From the NCBI GenBank assembly GCA_018401755.1, contig JAGYKJ010000003.1:80599-144598 (forward strand): 64,000 bases of DNA, written 5' to 3'. The position numbers and the translations under genes were made by a program. This document shows positions 35,351-48,716 of this stretch, piece by piece. The notes beneath the pieces were generated by a model. The model saw only the letters and a list, made by a program, of their open reading frames with translations. It was not told the DNA's origin and made no database searches. How positions within the stretch are numbered: position 1 is the stretch's first letter; each line of letters starts with the position of its first letter. The DNA comes from Litorivicinus sp. (GTDB taxonomy: Bacteria; Pseudomonadota; Gammaproteobacteria; Pseudomonadales; Litorivicinaceae).

Positions 35351-36322
35351 TCAGGATGTGCGCTGTACGGCTAAACGAGCCAGTACTTCTAGTCCTTCTT
35401 TGAATGTGGACGGCGGCAGACAATTCAATGCGCGCATCGCGTCTTCGACAGCTTTTTCAGCACGTTGGAGGGTGTAGTCAAGTCCGCCTTCCTGACGAAT
35501 GATGCGACAGACAGCTGTGAATGCGGTCCGGTCGCCGGCGGTGATGGCATTAATCAACAGTTCTTGATCTGCGACGGCTGCGCGATCGCGGGCGATTAAA
35601 AGAGGCAAGGTGGTTTTTCCGTCGGCGAGATCATCGCCTACATGTTTACCCAACGCATCGCTGTCACCACCATAGTCGAGCCAATCGTCCATCAGCTGGA
35701 ATGCGAGTCCAACCGACATTCCATAGCGCTTGAGGGCATCTACTGTGTCGGAGTTCGCGCCGCTGACCAGTCCTGCCGCGCCTGCAGCAGCTTCAAATAA
35801 GACTGCTGTTTTACGGATAATCACGGCATCGTATTCCGCTTCAGTCAAATCCGGGCGAAACTGATTATTGAGTTGCCAGACTTCGCCTTCAGCAATCAGA
35901 TTGGTGGTGTTTGCCATCAGTCTTAGCAGATCCAGATTGCCAATACCGACCATCAACTGAAACGCACGCGAGTAGACGAAGTCACCCACCAGGACGCTTG
36001 GTGCATTCCCAAACAGCACGTTGGCGCTGGGTTTTCCACGGCGTGCTTTGGATTCGTCTACCACATCGTCATGCAGAAGGGTGGCAGTATGCAGGCACTC
36101 AATGACTGCGGCCGCCGCGATATGATCGGTATTCGCAATGGCCAGCGCGCGCGATGTAATCAGCGTTAACAGGGGCCGAACGCGTTTACCGCCAGATTGA
36201 ATTAAGTACTGGCTGATTGTTTCGACCAAATCAACTTCGGATCCGAGCTGATTGAGCAACAGATCATTCAGCGCATCAAAATCAGACTGGACCAGTTGGA
36301 TGAGATCGTCTGCGGAATTCAT
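35351..36322 (-). CDS. ispB: octaprenyl diphosphate synthase
   Basis: Asp-rich motifs LLHDDVVDES and QLMDDWLD. 323 aa. Divergent from rplU, as in many gammaproteobacteria. Confidence 0.9.
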   Translation of the reverse strand: MNSADDLIQLVQSDFDALNDLLLNQLGSEVDLVETISQYLIQSGGKRVRPLLTLITSRALAIANTDHIAAAAVIECLHTATLLHDDVVDESKARRGKPSANVLFGNAPSVLVGDFVYSRAFQLMVGIGNLDLLRLMANTTNLIAEGEVWQLNNQFRPDLTEAEYDAVIIRKTAVLFEAAAGAAGLVSGANSDTVDALKRYGMSVGLAFQLMDDWLDYGGDSDALGKHVGDDLADGKTTLPLLIARDRAAVADQELLINAITAGDRTAFTAVCRIIRQEGGLDYTLQRAEKAVEDAMRALNCLPPSTFKEGLEVLARLAVQRTS

Positions 36323-36472
36323 GAGGTGCCTTTTTCTCGCGATAACTGCATTCTAGCGCGCCTGATTGAGATTTCACGCATTCTCTTCTGGCTCTTGTCT
36401 TTCCTTTAAAACTTCCCTATTATTCGCCGCCTTTCGGGTGGGAAAACCATCTTAATTATTGTGGAGTAGGAC

Positions 36473-36787
36473 ATGTACGCGGTCATTGAAACAGGCGGCA
36501 AACAACATCGTGTCGTCGAGGGCGAGCTCTTGAAAGTCGAAAAGATCGAGGCCGAAACCGGTTCGACAATCGATTTCGATCGCGTGCTGATGATTGGCGA
36601 AGGCGAACAGATTCAAGTGGGCACGCCAGTTGTCGACGGTGCAAAGGTATCCGCTGAAGTGGTTCAGCATGGTCGCGGCGACAAGGTCTACATCGTCAAA
36701 TTTAAGCGTCGTAAGCATCACATGAAGCGTCAGGGCCACCGTCAGTGGTTTACTGAAATTAAAATTACCGCGATCAACGCGTCATAG
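36473..36787 (+). CDS. rplU: 50S ribosomal protein L21
   Basis: [25 protein letters not shown]... is the canonical L21 sequence. Confidence 0.97.
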   Translation: MYAVIETGGKQHRVVEGELLKVEKIEAETGSTIDFDRVLMIGEGEQIQVGTPVVDGAKVSAEVVQHGRGDKVYIVKFKRRKHHMKRQGHRQWFTEIKITAINAS

Positions 36788-36796
36788 GAGACAGAA

Positions 36797-37054
36797 ATGG
36801 CTCACAAGAAAGCTGGTGGTAGTACCCGTAACGGCCGTGATTCGGAAAGTAAACGCCTGGGCGTGAAGAAGTTTGGTGGTCAACAAGTGATCGCTGGAAA
36901 CATTTTGGTTCGTCAGCGTGGGACACAGTTTCATCCGGGCGTGAACGTCGGATGTGGAACTGATTACACACTTTTTGCCAAAGCAGATGGTGAGGTAAAG
37001 TTTGAAGTCAAAGGGCCGAATAAGCGCCGCTACGTGAGTATCGTCAGCGCGTAA
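36797..37054 (+). CDS. rpmA: 50S ribosomal protein L27
   Basis: [24 protein letters not shown]... is the canonical L27 sequence. Confidence 0.97.
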   Translation: MAHKKAGGSTRNGRDSESKRLGVKKFGGQQVIAGNILVRQRGTQFHPGVNVGCGTDYTLFAKADGEVKFEVKGPNKRRYVSIVSA

Positions 37055-39437
<2,383 letters not shown>

Positions 39438-39469
39438 CTCGATCGAGCTACACGAGAGACATCGAGAAC

Positions 39470-39736
39470 TCAGGAAGCAATCGCTTTGATGCGATCGTTC
39501 AAACGGCTTTTGATGCGAGCCGATTTATTTTTGGTGTACAACCCTTTGTTGACCATGCCATCAATGATTGGCGTCGTCAGTTTGAACGCTGCAACCGCAT
39601 CACCATGATTGCCAGCGTGGATTGCTGCCAAGGTCTTCTTCACATAGGTCCGTGCTCGTGAGCGCATGCTCGCGTTGTGATTGCGACGGACGTCGGCTTG
39701 TTTGGCGCGCTTACGCGCTTGGGGACTATTGGCCAC
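39470..39736 (-). CDS. rpsT: 30S ribosomal protein S20
   Basis: MANSPQARKRAKQADVRRNHNASMRS... is the canonical S20 sequence. Confidence 0.95.
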   Translation of the reverse strand: MANSPQARKRAKQADVRRNHNASMRSRARTYVKKTLAAIHAGNHGDAVAAFKLTTPIIDGMVNKGLYTKNKSARIKSRLNDRIKAIAS

Positions 39737-39986
39737 CGGGATTCTTCCTTACACTGGTGAAACGCGGAGTTTTTACTCCAAATTCAAGGCGCGAGATGTT
39801 ATCCGGTTACACCCTAAAAGGTCAAGAATTCCGTGATGGATCAGTCCCCTGTGGACTCAATCTGTTGCGCGTTCCAAAGGCCATGGCTCCGTCGTGGTGC
39901 CTGCGCATGCAACGTGCTTTAATCCAGGGTTATGCCGATCTTCGCCTGGATATGCTTGTGATGAGTCAACTTGGACAGTCTGCCGC

Positions 39987-41528
39987 ATGAATGCACCTCG
40001 ACTAGTGCGTTCTGGGGTGACAGTGGGTAGTTGGACCATGGCATCGCGGGTGCTCGGCTTGGTTCGGGATGTGATTTTCGCGCAACTCATCGGCGCCTCA
40101 GCTGCAGCGGATGCCTTCTTCGTGGCCTTTAAGATCCCCAATTTTTTACGGCGATTGTTCGCCGAAGGGGCCTTTGCCCAATCCTTTGTCCCTGTGTTAG
40201 CAGCGACCCGAGCGCAAGAGGGTGAGGCGTCGATGCAGCGACTGCTCAATGCAGTGGCCGCCCGCTTTGGCTTCATCTTAATCATCGTCACTGCCTTTGG
40301 GGTGATGACGGCGCCCTGGATTGCCATGGTTTTTGCACCTGGCTTTGCAGATAACCCAGCGCAATTACAACTGACTGGTGAGCTTCTACGTTGGACCTTC
40401 CCGTATTTGGGTTTGGTGAGCTTGGTCGCATTTTCAGGCAGTATCCTGAATACGGTTGGACGCTTCTCAGTCCCTGCGGCAACCCCAATTTTCCTGAATC
40501 TCTCGCTCATCGCGGCAGCGGTATGGTTCGCGCCATTGATGGATCCCTCGGTGCGTGCACTGGCAATTGGTGTGCTGATCGCTGGGGTTATCCAGTTGCT
40601 GATTCAGATTCCACCTCTACTCGCAGCGGGATGTCTCCCAATCCCGCGTTGGTCCGAGACGCATCCTGGTGTTGGTAAGATTCTGACGTTGATGGTGCCG
40701 GCGTTGTTTGGGGTCTCGGTCAGTCAAATTAACTTATTACTCGACACAGTGTTGGCTTCGTTATTGGTCTCAGGGTCGGTGTCCTGGCTCTATTATTCGG
40801 ATCGTCTGGTCGAGCTGCCTTTGGGTGTCATTGCGATTGCCGTGTCCACAGTGATTTTACCGGCGCTCTCCCGAGCGTTTGCGCAAAGTGATGCCGAGTC
40901 AGCGAGAGCGACGCAAACCTGGGCCATTTGGGTTGTGATGGTCTTGGGTTGGCCCTGTGCACTGGCCTTGATGTTATTTGCAGAGCCGATTCTCTCGACC
41001 CTGTTTCAATACGGGGCGATGCAAGTCCACGATGTGCAACAGGCGGCGGCATCGCTGATGGCTTATGCGGCAGGACTGCCTGCCTTTATGGCCATCAAAG
41101 TCCTCGCGCCACACTATTTCGCGCGACAGGATACGGCGACGCCTGTGCGGGTTGGGTTGATCGCGATGGTTGCGAATATGGCCATGAATCTCATGTTTGT
41201 CTGGTCGATGGGGCACGTCGGACTGGCGTTGGCGACAAGTTTGTCTGCTTGGTTAAATGCAGGACTTCTGCTTCGCGGACTATCCCAGCGGGGCTGGTAT
41301 CGCTGGACGAATATTCCCTGGCGACCCATTGCGCAACTGAGCTTTGGACTTGCTGTGATGGCGCAGTGTGTCTGGATCGCACCAACCGCAGAGTCCTTCA
41401 TTGACTTGGATGTATGGGAGCGATCGATTCGATTGCTGGGGATACTAAGTCTTGCGGGACTCGCATATTTGGCTGCCCTCTGGCTCGGCGGCGTCAGGTA
41501 TACTCGCCTTTTTCACCGACGCCGTAGC
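39987..41528 (+). CDS. murJ: lipid II flippase MurJ (MviN). It has no stop codon of its own and runs in frame into ribF.
   Basis: MNAPRLVRSGVTVGSWTMASRVLGLVRDVIFAQLIGASAAADAFFVAFKIPNFLRRLFAEGAFAQSFVPVL is the canonical MurJ N-terminus. It has a 14-TM-like layout, 514 codons, and ends ...GVRYTRLFHRRRS immediately before the ribF ATG. Confidence 0.85.
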
Positions 41529-42455
41529 ATGAAACTGGCCTTTGGGTTAACCGATTTTGTCGTAAGTACACCCCAAGTAGTGACCATTGGTAACTTTGAT
41601 GGGGTACACCTCGGACATCAACACGTCATCGAGCAGGTGCGTGCAGCCGCCACGGAGCGTGGTTTGCCAACCTGCGCCGTGGTCTTTGAGCCGCAGCCGC
41701 GAGAATACTTCGCTGCCCTGCGGGGCATGGTCGCGCCTGCCAGGTTAATGACTTTGTCATCCAAAGTGCATGCGCTCGCGGGCTTGGGTGTTGACACCAT
41801 CTGGTGTCTGAAGTTTTCCACGGTTCGGGCACTCACCGCTGAGGCCTTCGTGGACGATGTGTTAATGCACCGATTGCGCACCGCCCACTTAATCGTGGGT
41901 GATGATTTTCGCTTTGGGTGTGATCGACGTGGAGACTTTGGGTTGCTTGCCGAGCTTGGCCCGCGTACCGGGTTTTCGGTTGCGCAGTCCGAGACATTGG
42001 CCCTCGACGGTCAGCGCGTCTCCTCATCGCGTATTCGGTCTGCACTGGAGCGCTATGATTTTACAGAGGCAGCCCGTTTACTCGGGCGCCCCTATCAATT
42101 TGTTGGAAAGGTCTGCTATGGACGCCAGCTGGGTCGCACATTAGGGTTCCCAACCGCGAATATTCGGTTGAGTCGGCGCCCGCCAATTGCGGGTGTATTT
42201 GCCTGTGAAGCGATCACGCCTGATGGGCAACGCTACACCGCCGTCGCCAACATTGGGACTCGACCAACGGTATCTGGAGTGGGTGTTTGGCTTGAAGTGC
42301 ATTTGCACAAAGCCAGCCTCGAGTTGTATGGTCTCGTCCTAACCGTGATACCACGATTTTTTCTCCGCCCAGAGCATAAGTTTGCGTCTGTTGATGCCCT
42401 TCGCGAAGGCATCGCAGCGGATTCGGCCCGTGCTCTGGAATTGCTGACTGCCTGA
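41529..42455 (+). CDS. ribF: bifunctional riboflavin kinase / FMN adenylyltransferase
   Basis: MKLAFGL...VVTIGNFDGVHLGHQ (the FAD synthetase motif) and a C-terminal riboflavin kinase region GFPTANI...LEVHL. 308 aa from ATG 41529. Confidence 0.9.
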   Translation: MKLAFGLTDFVVSTPQVVTIGNFDGVHLGHQHVIEQVRAAATERGLPTCAVVFEPQPREYFAALRGMVAPARLMTLSSKVHALAGLGVDTIWCLKFSTVRALTAEAFVDDVLMHRLRTAHLIVGDDFRFGCDRRGDFGLLAELGPRTGFSVAQSETLALDGQRVSSSRIRSALERYDFTEAARLLGRPYQFVGKVCYGRQLGRTLGFPTANIRLSRRPPIAGVFACEAITPDGQRYTAVANIGTRPTVSGVGVWLEVHLHKASLELYGLVLTVIPRFFLRPEHKFASVDALREGIAADSARALELLTA

Positions 42456-42467
42456 TGGAACCTTGTC

Positions 42468-45290
42468 ATGACCGACTATAAAGACACTTTAAATTTGCCG
42501 GATACGCCGTTCCCAATGCGCGGTAATTTGGCGACGCGTGAGCCGGATATGCTGGCTGATTGGGTGCGTCGTGATTGGTATCAGTCTGTGCGTGAGGCCC
42601 AGTCAACACGGGAAAAAACCTTCATCCTGCACGATGGACCTCCATACGCGAACGGGGATATTCACATCGGTCATGCGGTCAATAAAGTGTTGAAGGACAT
42701 CGTGGTGAAATCCCGCGGGCTTGCTGGATATAACGCACCCTATGTGCCGGGCTGGGATTGCCATGGACTTCCGATTGAGCACAAGGTCGAGACCAGTCTT
42801 GGCAAAATTGGCGAGGCCTTTGCCGATGCGAATGCGTTTCGGGATGCCTGCCGGGCCTATGCAGCGAGTCAGATTGAACGGCAGTGTGTCGATTTTCAGC
42901 GGTTGGGAATTCTTGGTGATTGGGAAAACCCCTATCGCACTATGGATTTTCACGTGGAAGCCGACATTGTCAGATCGCTCGGCCGCATTATCGCCAACGG
43001 GCATTTCCATCAGGGCGCCAAGCCTGTGTTCTGGTGCATGGATTGTGAAAGTGCGTTGGCCGAGGCTGAGGTGGAATACGTCGATCGCAAAACCATGACG
43101 GTGGATGTTGCCTTTCCAAGCAGAAATCCCGAGCGTCTCGCTGACATTTTTGAGGTGGAGCTGGCGGTGGCCCGCGACGCCGCGATTGCCATTTGGACCA
43201 CCACGCCCTGGACTTTACCGGCGAATCAGTTTGTGGCCGTTAATGCCGATCTCACCTATGTGCTGACCCGATTCCAGAAGGATGGTCATGCATGGTTATT
43301 GATTTTGGCCGAGGGGCGTCTCGACGCGCTCAGCGATCGCTGGTCCGTGGATGACTTTGAGATCGTGTCGCGCGTCCAAGGTCATGCGCTGACCGAGTTA
43401 CTATTTGAAGCACCCTGGGATGGTCGCATTGTTCCCGTGGTCACAGGCACGCATGTGACCCTGGAGGCAGGAACTGGCATTGTGCACTCTGCACCTGCCT
43501 ATGGTCTGGAAGACTTCCTCGCTGCGCAACCGCTTGGCTTAACACTCTTAACTCCGGTCCGTGATGACGGAACCTTTGCAGACTCTGTCGCTGTGGTCGG
43601 TGGATTGCAAGTTGAGAAAGCCAATCCGGTCATCGCCGATCATTTGGCGTCTATGGATCGTTTGGTGCATCGCGCACCACTTGATCACTCCTATCCGCAT
43701 TGTTGGCGGCATAAAACGCCGGTGATTTATCGCGCGACTCCGCAATGGTTTATCCGCATGCAAGGGGAAGGCCTGCTAGAAACTGCGCGTGATGCGGTGG
43801 CAAACGCAATTACCTTTACACCAAGCTGGGGTCGGAATCGGCTGGCAGCGATGCTTGAAGATCGGCCTGATTGGTGTATTTCTCGGCAGCGCAATTGGGG
43901 TGTTCCCATCACCGTCTTTGTGCATAAAGAGACACAAGCGCTGCATCCCGAGACAGCGCGCTTATTCGAAACCATCGCACAGCGAATCGAGGCTGCAGGA
44001 ATTAATGCGTGGTTTGACTTAGATCCCCAAGAATTACTGGGACCTGAGGCTGCTGACTATCGCAAAGTCACTGACGTCTTGGATGTCTGGTTTGACTCGG
44101 GAACCACCCATGCGTCAGTGTTGGCCCGTCGTGAGGGCTTGTCGTTCCCGGCAGATCTGTATCTGGAAGGCTCGGATCAGCATCGCGGGTGGTTCCAATC
44201 CTCGTTACTGACGTCAGTCGCCATTCACGGGTGCGCACCGTATCGAGGGTTGTTGACCCATGGATTCACGGTTGATCAACATGGTCGCAAAATGTCCAAG
44301 TCGCTGGGGAATGTCATTCCGCCTCAGGACGTCATGAACTCGCTTGGCGCGGATGTCCTGAGGCTTTGGATTGCATCGACAGATTTCACTAAAGAAATGA
44401 CGGTATCGAACGAAATTTTGAGTCGGACGTCCGATACCTATCGACGGATTCGTAATACCTGCCGGTTCATTTTGGCCAACTTGAATGGATTTGATCCTGC
44501 CACAGATGCCTGCGCCCCAGAGCACTGGATTGCATTAGATGGGGAGATGATTCGTCGGACAGATGCCACCCAAGCGCGGATCATGACGCTGTATGAGCAC
44601 TACAGTTTCTCGGAGGTCACTCAAGCCATCCATCATTTTTGCGTGGATGATTTGGGTGGATTTTATTTAGATGTCATCAAGGACCGCCAATACACCTGCC
44701 CACGAAACAGTATTGCGCGACGCAGTTGTCAAACAGCGCTCTACCATATCATCGATGCGATGGTGCGCTGGATGGCTCCCATCTTAAGTTTTACCGCCCA
44801 AGAAGTTTGGGAGGCGATGCCCGGCGATCGGTCACATCCGTTTGTCTTTGCAGTCACCACTGCAGAGATCCCTGCGGGCTCTCCAAGTGGATTGCAGTGG
44901 CCTCTTATTCAGTCGGTGAAGGCGGTTGTGAATCAGGCACTTGAGACCTTGCGCGCGGCAGGAACGATTAAGGGTTCGCTATCTGCAGACGTCACACTCT
45001 ATGCAGAAGGTGAGGTATTTCAGGCGCTAGATGCACTCGGGGATGAACTTCGATTTGTCACGATTACCTCTGAAGCGCGTTTACTTCCAGCCAATCAGCG
45101 CACTGCAGAGGCGGTTTCTGATGCGTCATTACCCGGATTATGGGTTGAGGTGGTTTCCGTGCATCACGCGAAGTGCGAGCGTTGTTGGCACCATCGATCC
45201 GAAGTTGGTTCGGTCAGCGCACACCCGAGCTTGTGTGGTCGATGTGTGACAAATATTGAAGGCTCTGGCGAAGTACGGCAGTTTGCATGA
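42468..45290 (+). CDS. ileS: isoleucine--tRNA ligase
   Basis: HIGH motif ([11 protein letters not shown]), KMSKS (RKMSKSLGN) and a C-terminal zinc-binding Cys cluster. 940 aa. Confidence 0.97.
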   Translation: MTDYKDTLNLPDTPFPMRGNLATREPDMLADWVRRDWYQSVREAQSTREKTFILHDGPPYANGDIHIGHAVNKVLKDIVVKSRGLAGYNAPYVPGWDCHGLPIEHKVETSLGKIGEAFADANAFRDACRAYAASQIERQCVDFQRLGILGDWENPYRTMDFHVEADIVRSLGRIIANGHFHQGAKPVFWCMDCESALAEAEVEYVDRKTMTVDVAFPSRNPERLADIFEVELAVARDAAIAIWTTTPWTLPANQFVAVNADLTYVLTRFQKDGHAWLLILAEGRLDALSDRWSVDDFEIVSRVQGHALTELLFEAPWDGRIVPVVTGTHVTLEAGTGIVHSAPAYGLEDFLAAQPLGLTLLTPVRDDGTFADSVAVVGGLQVEKANPVIADHLASMDRLVHRAPLDHSYPHCWRHKTPVIYRATPQWFIRMQGEGLLETARDAVANAITFTPSWGRNRLAAMLEDRPDWCISRQRNWGVPITVFVHKETQALHPETARLFETIAQRIEAAGINAWFDLDPQELLGPEAADYRKVTDVLDVWFDSGTTHASVLARREGLSFPADLYLEGSDQHRGWFQSSLLTSVAIHGCAPYRGLLTHGFTVDQHGRKMSKSLGNVIPPQDVMNSLGADVLRLWIASTDFTKEMTVSNEILSRTSDTYRRIRNTCRFILANLNGFDPATDACAPEHWIALDGEMIRRTDATQARIMTLYEHYSFSEVTQAIHHFCVDDLGGFYLDVIKDRQYTCPRNSIARRSCQTALYHIIDAMVRWMAPILSFTAQEVWEAMPGDRSHPFVFAVTTAEIPAGSPSGLQWPLIQSVKAVVNQALETLRAAGTIKGSLSADVTLYAEGEVFQALDALGDELRFVTITSEARLLPANQRTAEAVSDASLPGLWVEVVSVHHAKCERCWHHRSEVGSVSAHPSLCGRCVTNIEGSGEVRQFA

Positions 45291-45763
45291 CAACCCGTGA
45301 GCTGATGCTGGTTTTTTGCATTTTGGTGTTGGATCAGTGCACCAAGTTAGCAGCCTCAGCATGGCTCATCTATGGGGTGCCCGTCACGCTTTCGCCACTC
45401 TTTAGTTTGACGCTTTTGCACAATGAAGGTGCGGCATTTAGCTTTCTCGCCGATGCCGGTGGTTGGCAACGAGTTCTATTTATCGGGTTGGCAGTGGGTG
45501 TTGTGATCTATGCGCTGCGCGCAATGCGAAACCTGGCGCCTGGGTGGACCCGTTGGGGCCTGGTGTTTATTGTGCCGGGGGCAATTGGTAACGGGATCGA
45601 TCGCTTGGTGTTTGGCTATGTTGTGGATTTTGTGCATTTGCATTGGCAAGGCTGGTCATTTCCAGCCTTTAATATTGCTGATGTCGCCATCACGATAGCT
45701 GCCTGTGCATTATTATTAGGGATGTGGAATGACGCTCGTCATCGGACCGAAGTGCAAAATTAA
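45287..45763 (+). CDS. lspA: lipoprotein signal peptidase (SPase II)
   Basis: [15 protein letters not shown] and FNIADVAI motifs with 4 TM segments. The start overlaps the ileS stop. Confidence 0.93.
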   Translation: MTTRELMLVFCILVLDQCTKLAASAWLIYGVPVTLSPLFSLTLLHNEGAAFSFLADAGGWQRVLFIGLAVGVVIYALRAMRNLAPGWTRWGLVFIVPGAIGNGIDRLVFGYVVDFVHLHWQGWSFPAFNIADVAITIAACALLLGMWNDARHRTEVQN

Positions 45764-46178
45764 GCTGCACTTTGCATTGCGGCTTGCAGACACTGGTGAA
45801 GTGGTGGACTCGACTTTTGAGCGAAATCCAGCGGTGTTAATCATGGGTGATGGGAACTTGCCTGCACCCTTTGAAACCACGTTGGTTGGGTTACAGGCCG
45901 GGGATCGACGTGTTACGCGTATTGCGCCGAAAGATGGGTTTGGTCAACATAACCCATCCAACGTACAAACAATTTCCCGGGATCAATTTGATCCACAGCT
46001 GGATCTCTCAGAGGGCTTGGTGGTGAGTTTTCAAGACGCGGCCAAAACAGAATTGCCTGGGGTGGTTGTGGAGTTCGATACCACCTCTGTTCGGGTGGAT
46101 TTTAACCATCCACTGGCTGGTCGTGATCTTGATTTTGAAGTGGAAATTCTTGATGTCTCCCCTGGGGAATTGCACTGA
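45729..46178 (+). CDS. fkpB: FKBP-type peptidyl-prolyl cis-trans isomerase
   Basis: 149 aa with [21 protein letters not shown], typical of the SlpA/FkpB C-terminus. It follows the conserved lspA-fkpB-ispH order. It overlaps lspA by 35 nt. Confidence 0.85.
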   Translation: MTLVIGPKCKIKLHFALRLADTGEVVDSTFERNPAVLIMGDGNLPAPFETTLVGLQAGDRRVTRIAPKDGFGQHNPSNVQTISRDQFDPQLDLSEGLVVSFQDAAKTELPGVVVEFDTTSVRVDFNHPLAGRDLDFEVEILDVSPGELH

Positions 46179-47131
46179 TGCAAGTCACCTTGGCAAACCC
46201 ACGTGGATTTTGTGCGGGTGTTGATCGTGCAATTGAGATTGTAAATCGTGCTTTAGCAGTCTTTGGTGCACCTATTTATGTGCGCCACGAAGTGGTGCAT
46301 AACCGCACAGTGGTTGACGATTTACGCGCCCGGGGTGCTATTTTCGTTGATGAGCTAACCGAGGTTCCTGATGCGGCGATTGTCATTTTTTCTGCCCATG
46401 GGGTGTCTAAAGCGGTGCAGGAAGAAGCCAGTCATCGTGGACTGAAAGTCTTTGATGCGACCTGCCCGCTGGTCACTAAGGTCCATATCGAAGTGACCAA
46501 GTTTGCGCGCGAGGGGCGTGAGTGTATTTTGATTGGCCACGCAGGTCACCCTGAGGTGGAAGGCACCATGGGGCAATTTGAGACCCAGTTCGGTGGGCGG
46601 ATGATCTTGGTCGAGTCAGAAGACGATGCCCGATCTGTGCAGATAGGGGACCCTGAGCATGTGGCCTTTGTGACGCAAACAACGCTATCGATGGATGATA
46701 CGGCACGTATTATCGATATCTTGCGCGCCCGCTTCCCAGCTATTGAGGGGCCTCGAAAAGATGACATTTGCTATGCAACGCAAAATCGTCAAGATGCCGT
46801 GAAACGTCTCGCTGAAGCACATGAGGTCGTCATTGTGGTTGGTTCAGCGAACTCATCGAACTCCAATCGCTTGGCTGAGTTGGCCCAGCGTCTTGGTGCT
46901 GCCGCCTATTTGATTGACGACCCGGATGCGATTGAGTCGGACTGGGTCCACGGTAAACACTCGATTGCCGTCACCGCAGGTGCCTCTGCCCCAGAATCCG
47001 TTGTACAAGCAGTCTGTCGTCGACTCGAAGCCCTTGGGGCGTCTCTTGCCGTTGAGGAACATGGGGTTCAAGAGACGGTGCAATTTAGTTTGCCGCGCGA
47101 GTTACGACTCCACCCCGTATCGGACTCATGA
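46178..47131 (+). CDS. ispH: 4-hydroxy-3-methylbut-2-enyl diphosphate reductase
   Basis: [38 protein letters not shown] and SSNSNRL motifs. Confidence 0.95.
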   Translation: MQVTLANPRGFCAGVDRAIEIVNRALAVFGAPIYVRHEVVHNRTVVDDLRARGAIFVDELTEVPDAAIVIFSAHGVSKAVQEEASHRGLKVFDATCPLVTKVHIEVTKFAREGRECILIGHAGHPEVEGTMGQFETQFGGRMILVESEDDARSVQIGDPEHVAFVTQTTLSMDDTARIIDILRARFPAIEGPRKDDICYATQNRQDAVKRLAEAHEVVIVVGSANSSNSNRLAELAQRLGAAAYLIDDPDAIESDWVHGKHSIAVTAGASAPESVVQAVCRRLEALGASLAVEEHGVQETVQFSLPRELRLHPVSDS

Positions 47132-47189
47132 TCAAGCAGTCCTGACGTCACACCCTTGTCCTGCTTTGCTAGGCCAAAGGGGGTGTGCT

Positions 47190-47591
47190 ATGCGGGGCTA
47201 TGCATTGACAGATACGCTGATCGCGATGGCGATACTCACCCTGTTATTGGTGATTGTCTTTAGCCGGTCAATCGATGTTCAAACTGAAGAAATGCGCCGA
47301 GCTCGGCACGCGTTACTCATTGATATGGCGCATGCAGCACTTCAGTTGTCGAAACACGAATCCGTTGTCGGGTCTTTTTCATTGATCGTGGACGGGGAGA
47401 TTGGGCAGTTACCATCTTCCCGATACTCACATCTGCGTGATTTGCTGGAGACCTTTCGATTTCCGAATTCCAGCTTGGTCCTCACTTTGTCCGACAATGA
47501 GGGTGGACGCCGTGCACGGATTGATGCATCGATTGAGTCGCATCTCATTTTTTCGCAGGAGGTTGTGTGGTCCGAAGCCATGGCCAACTGA
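47190..47591 (+). CDS. minor pilin-like protein with an atypical leader (PilV position)
   Basis: MRG/YALTDTLIAMAILTLLLVIVF is a prepilin-like N-terminus with Asp instead of Glu at +5. 133 aa. It sits in the locus that holds the minor pilins in Pseudomonas. Confidence 0.45.
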   Translation: MRGYALTDTLIAMAILTLLLVIVFSRSIDVQTEEMRRARHALLIDMAHAALQLSKHESVVGSFSLIVDGEIGQLPSSRYSHLRDLLETFRFPNSSLVLTLSDNEGGRRARIDASIESHLIFSQEVVWSEAMAN

Positions 47592-48064
47592 CTGGCGTCC
47601 TCATTGCACTGGCCTTGGGTGCCTTGGTTACGCTCGTGCTTGCGCAGTTGTGGAGTCAAGAATCGATCCGGCGGACGCATGCAACCGATGCAGCAATCAC
47701 TCGCGCTGATCTTGATGGCGTGACCTTATTTCTGACCACGCTACTGGTCCCCGCCCGCACCCTCACAGTCATTCCAGAAGCAGCGCTGCGCGCTGATCTC
47801 GGTGGAGGTGTGACAGTGTTATCGGAGGGTCTGCGGCTTGAGCACCCTGGGATGACGATTCATCTCTATCTGGGACGGAGTCGGGTGCAGCCAGATGCTG
47901 CGCTGTGGGTGCATCGCGAGCAATTTGGGGATATTTCGCATCAGTCATTAATGCCGGTTGACGGGGCGTTATCAATCCAACGACCTGATCCCGAGACGCT
48001 CTGTCTGCAGACCAGCGATCCGATCTGGATCGGCTGCCACACCCTATTGCCGGGACAATCATGA
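47567..48064 (+). CDS. minor pilin-like protein (PilW position), degenerate leader
   Basis: GTG start after GGAGG. The N-terminus SHGQLTGVLIALALGALVTLVLA is a hydrophobic helix without the +5 acidic residue. It overlaps the upstream gene by 25 nt, and its stop overlaps the next ATG (ATGA). Confidence 0.4.
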   Translation: MVRSHGQLTGVLIALALGALVTLVLAQLWSQESIRRTHATDAAITRADLDGVTLFLTTLLVPARTLTVIPEAALRADLGGGVTVLSEGLRLEHPGMTIHLYLGRSRVQPDAALWVHREQFGDISHQSLMPVDGALSIQRPDPETLCLQTSDPIWIGCHTLLPGQS

Positions 48065-48402
48065 TGGCGCGAGGTCATGTTCTGATTGCGGTTTTGGTGG
48101 TCATGGGCGCATTGGCGTCGATCTGGATGGCCGAATTCGCGACGCATGTGGAAGATCGCGTGCGTGCAAGCCGCATGATTGATCGCGAATCGCTCGCGAC
48201 GCAAGCCTCGGCGGCTGAGTGGCAGGCGGTGAGCACGCATCTTGCCGGGTTGGATTCGACGGAGAGTCCAGCGGAGATCGTGTATTCGGTTGACGATGTG
48301 CTCGGTCTGCGTCAGGTGACTCTGACGGCTGAGTGGATTGACGGGCAATGGGCGTTGACGAGAGATAAGGTGCAATGGCGCGAGCTCACGGTTTTTCCTT
48401 AA
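48061..48402 (+). CDS. PilX/GspK-like minor pilin candidate
   Basis: MMARGHVLIAVLVVMGALASIW resembles PilX/GspK N-termini, which naturally lack Glu5. 113 aa. Confidence 0.4.
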   Translation: MMARGHVLIAVLVVMGALASIWMAEFATHVEDRVRASRMIDRESLATQASAAEWQAVSTHLAGLDSTESPAEIVYSVDDVLGLRQVTLTAEWIDGQWALTRDKVQWRELTVFP

Positions 48403-48716
48403 TAGAAACACTGATCGTCTTGGCGATCGGGGCGATCTTAGCGCTCATGGCCTCTGCCGTGGTGATTCAGGTTCCGGAACGTTCCGTGCGTTTGCAGGCG
48501 CAGGCTGCACTGACCTCTGCTGTCAGCGAGGCGTTAACGACTCGATTGGAAACCGGCCAGTTTCCGACGCAGGTGGCCGAACCGATGACGCTCGATACAT
48601 GCGGTGCGCAGTGCCTCAGCCTTCGTTATTGGCCGGAGCAGCCGCATCGTTGTGGTTATTGGGAGTTAACCACGTCAGGGCTCCGCTCGGCTGGGGAGGA
48701 GGGTTGTTGGCCTTAG
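48375..48716 (+). CDS. type IV pilin-like protein with a canonical class III signal (PilE position)
   Basis: MARAHG/FSLIETLIVLAIGAILAL is a canonical G/FxLIE prepilin motif. 113 aa with C-terminal Cys residues. Confidence 0.65.
   Translation: MARAHGFSLIETLIVLAIGAILALMASAVVIQVPERSVRLQAQAALTSAVSEALTTRLETGQFPTQVAEPMTLDTCGAQCLSLRYWPEQPHRCGYWELTTSGLRSAGEEGCWP

Noticed and set aside
39857-40510. 217-aa minus-strand ORF
   Set aside because: It is antisense to the highly conserved 5-prime end of murJ. Its composition is Ala/Lys/Arg/Ser/Thr-rich.
47941-48411. 156-aa minus-strand ORF opposite the minor-pilin-like ORFs
   Set aside because: It is Arg/His-rich with no TM segment or motif. The plus-strand ORFs show start/stop coupling and pilin-like N-termini. 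The plus-strand calls are themselves weak, so this rejection is not absolute.
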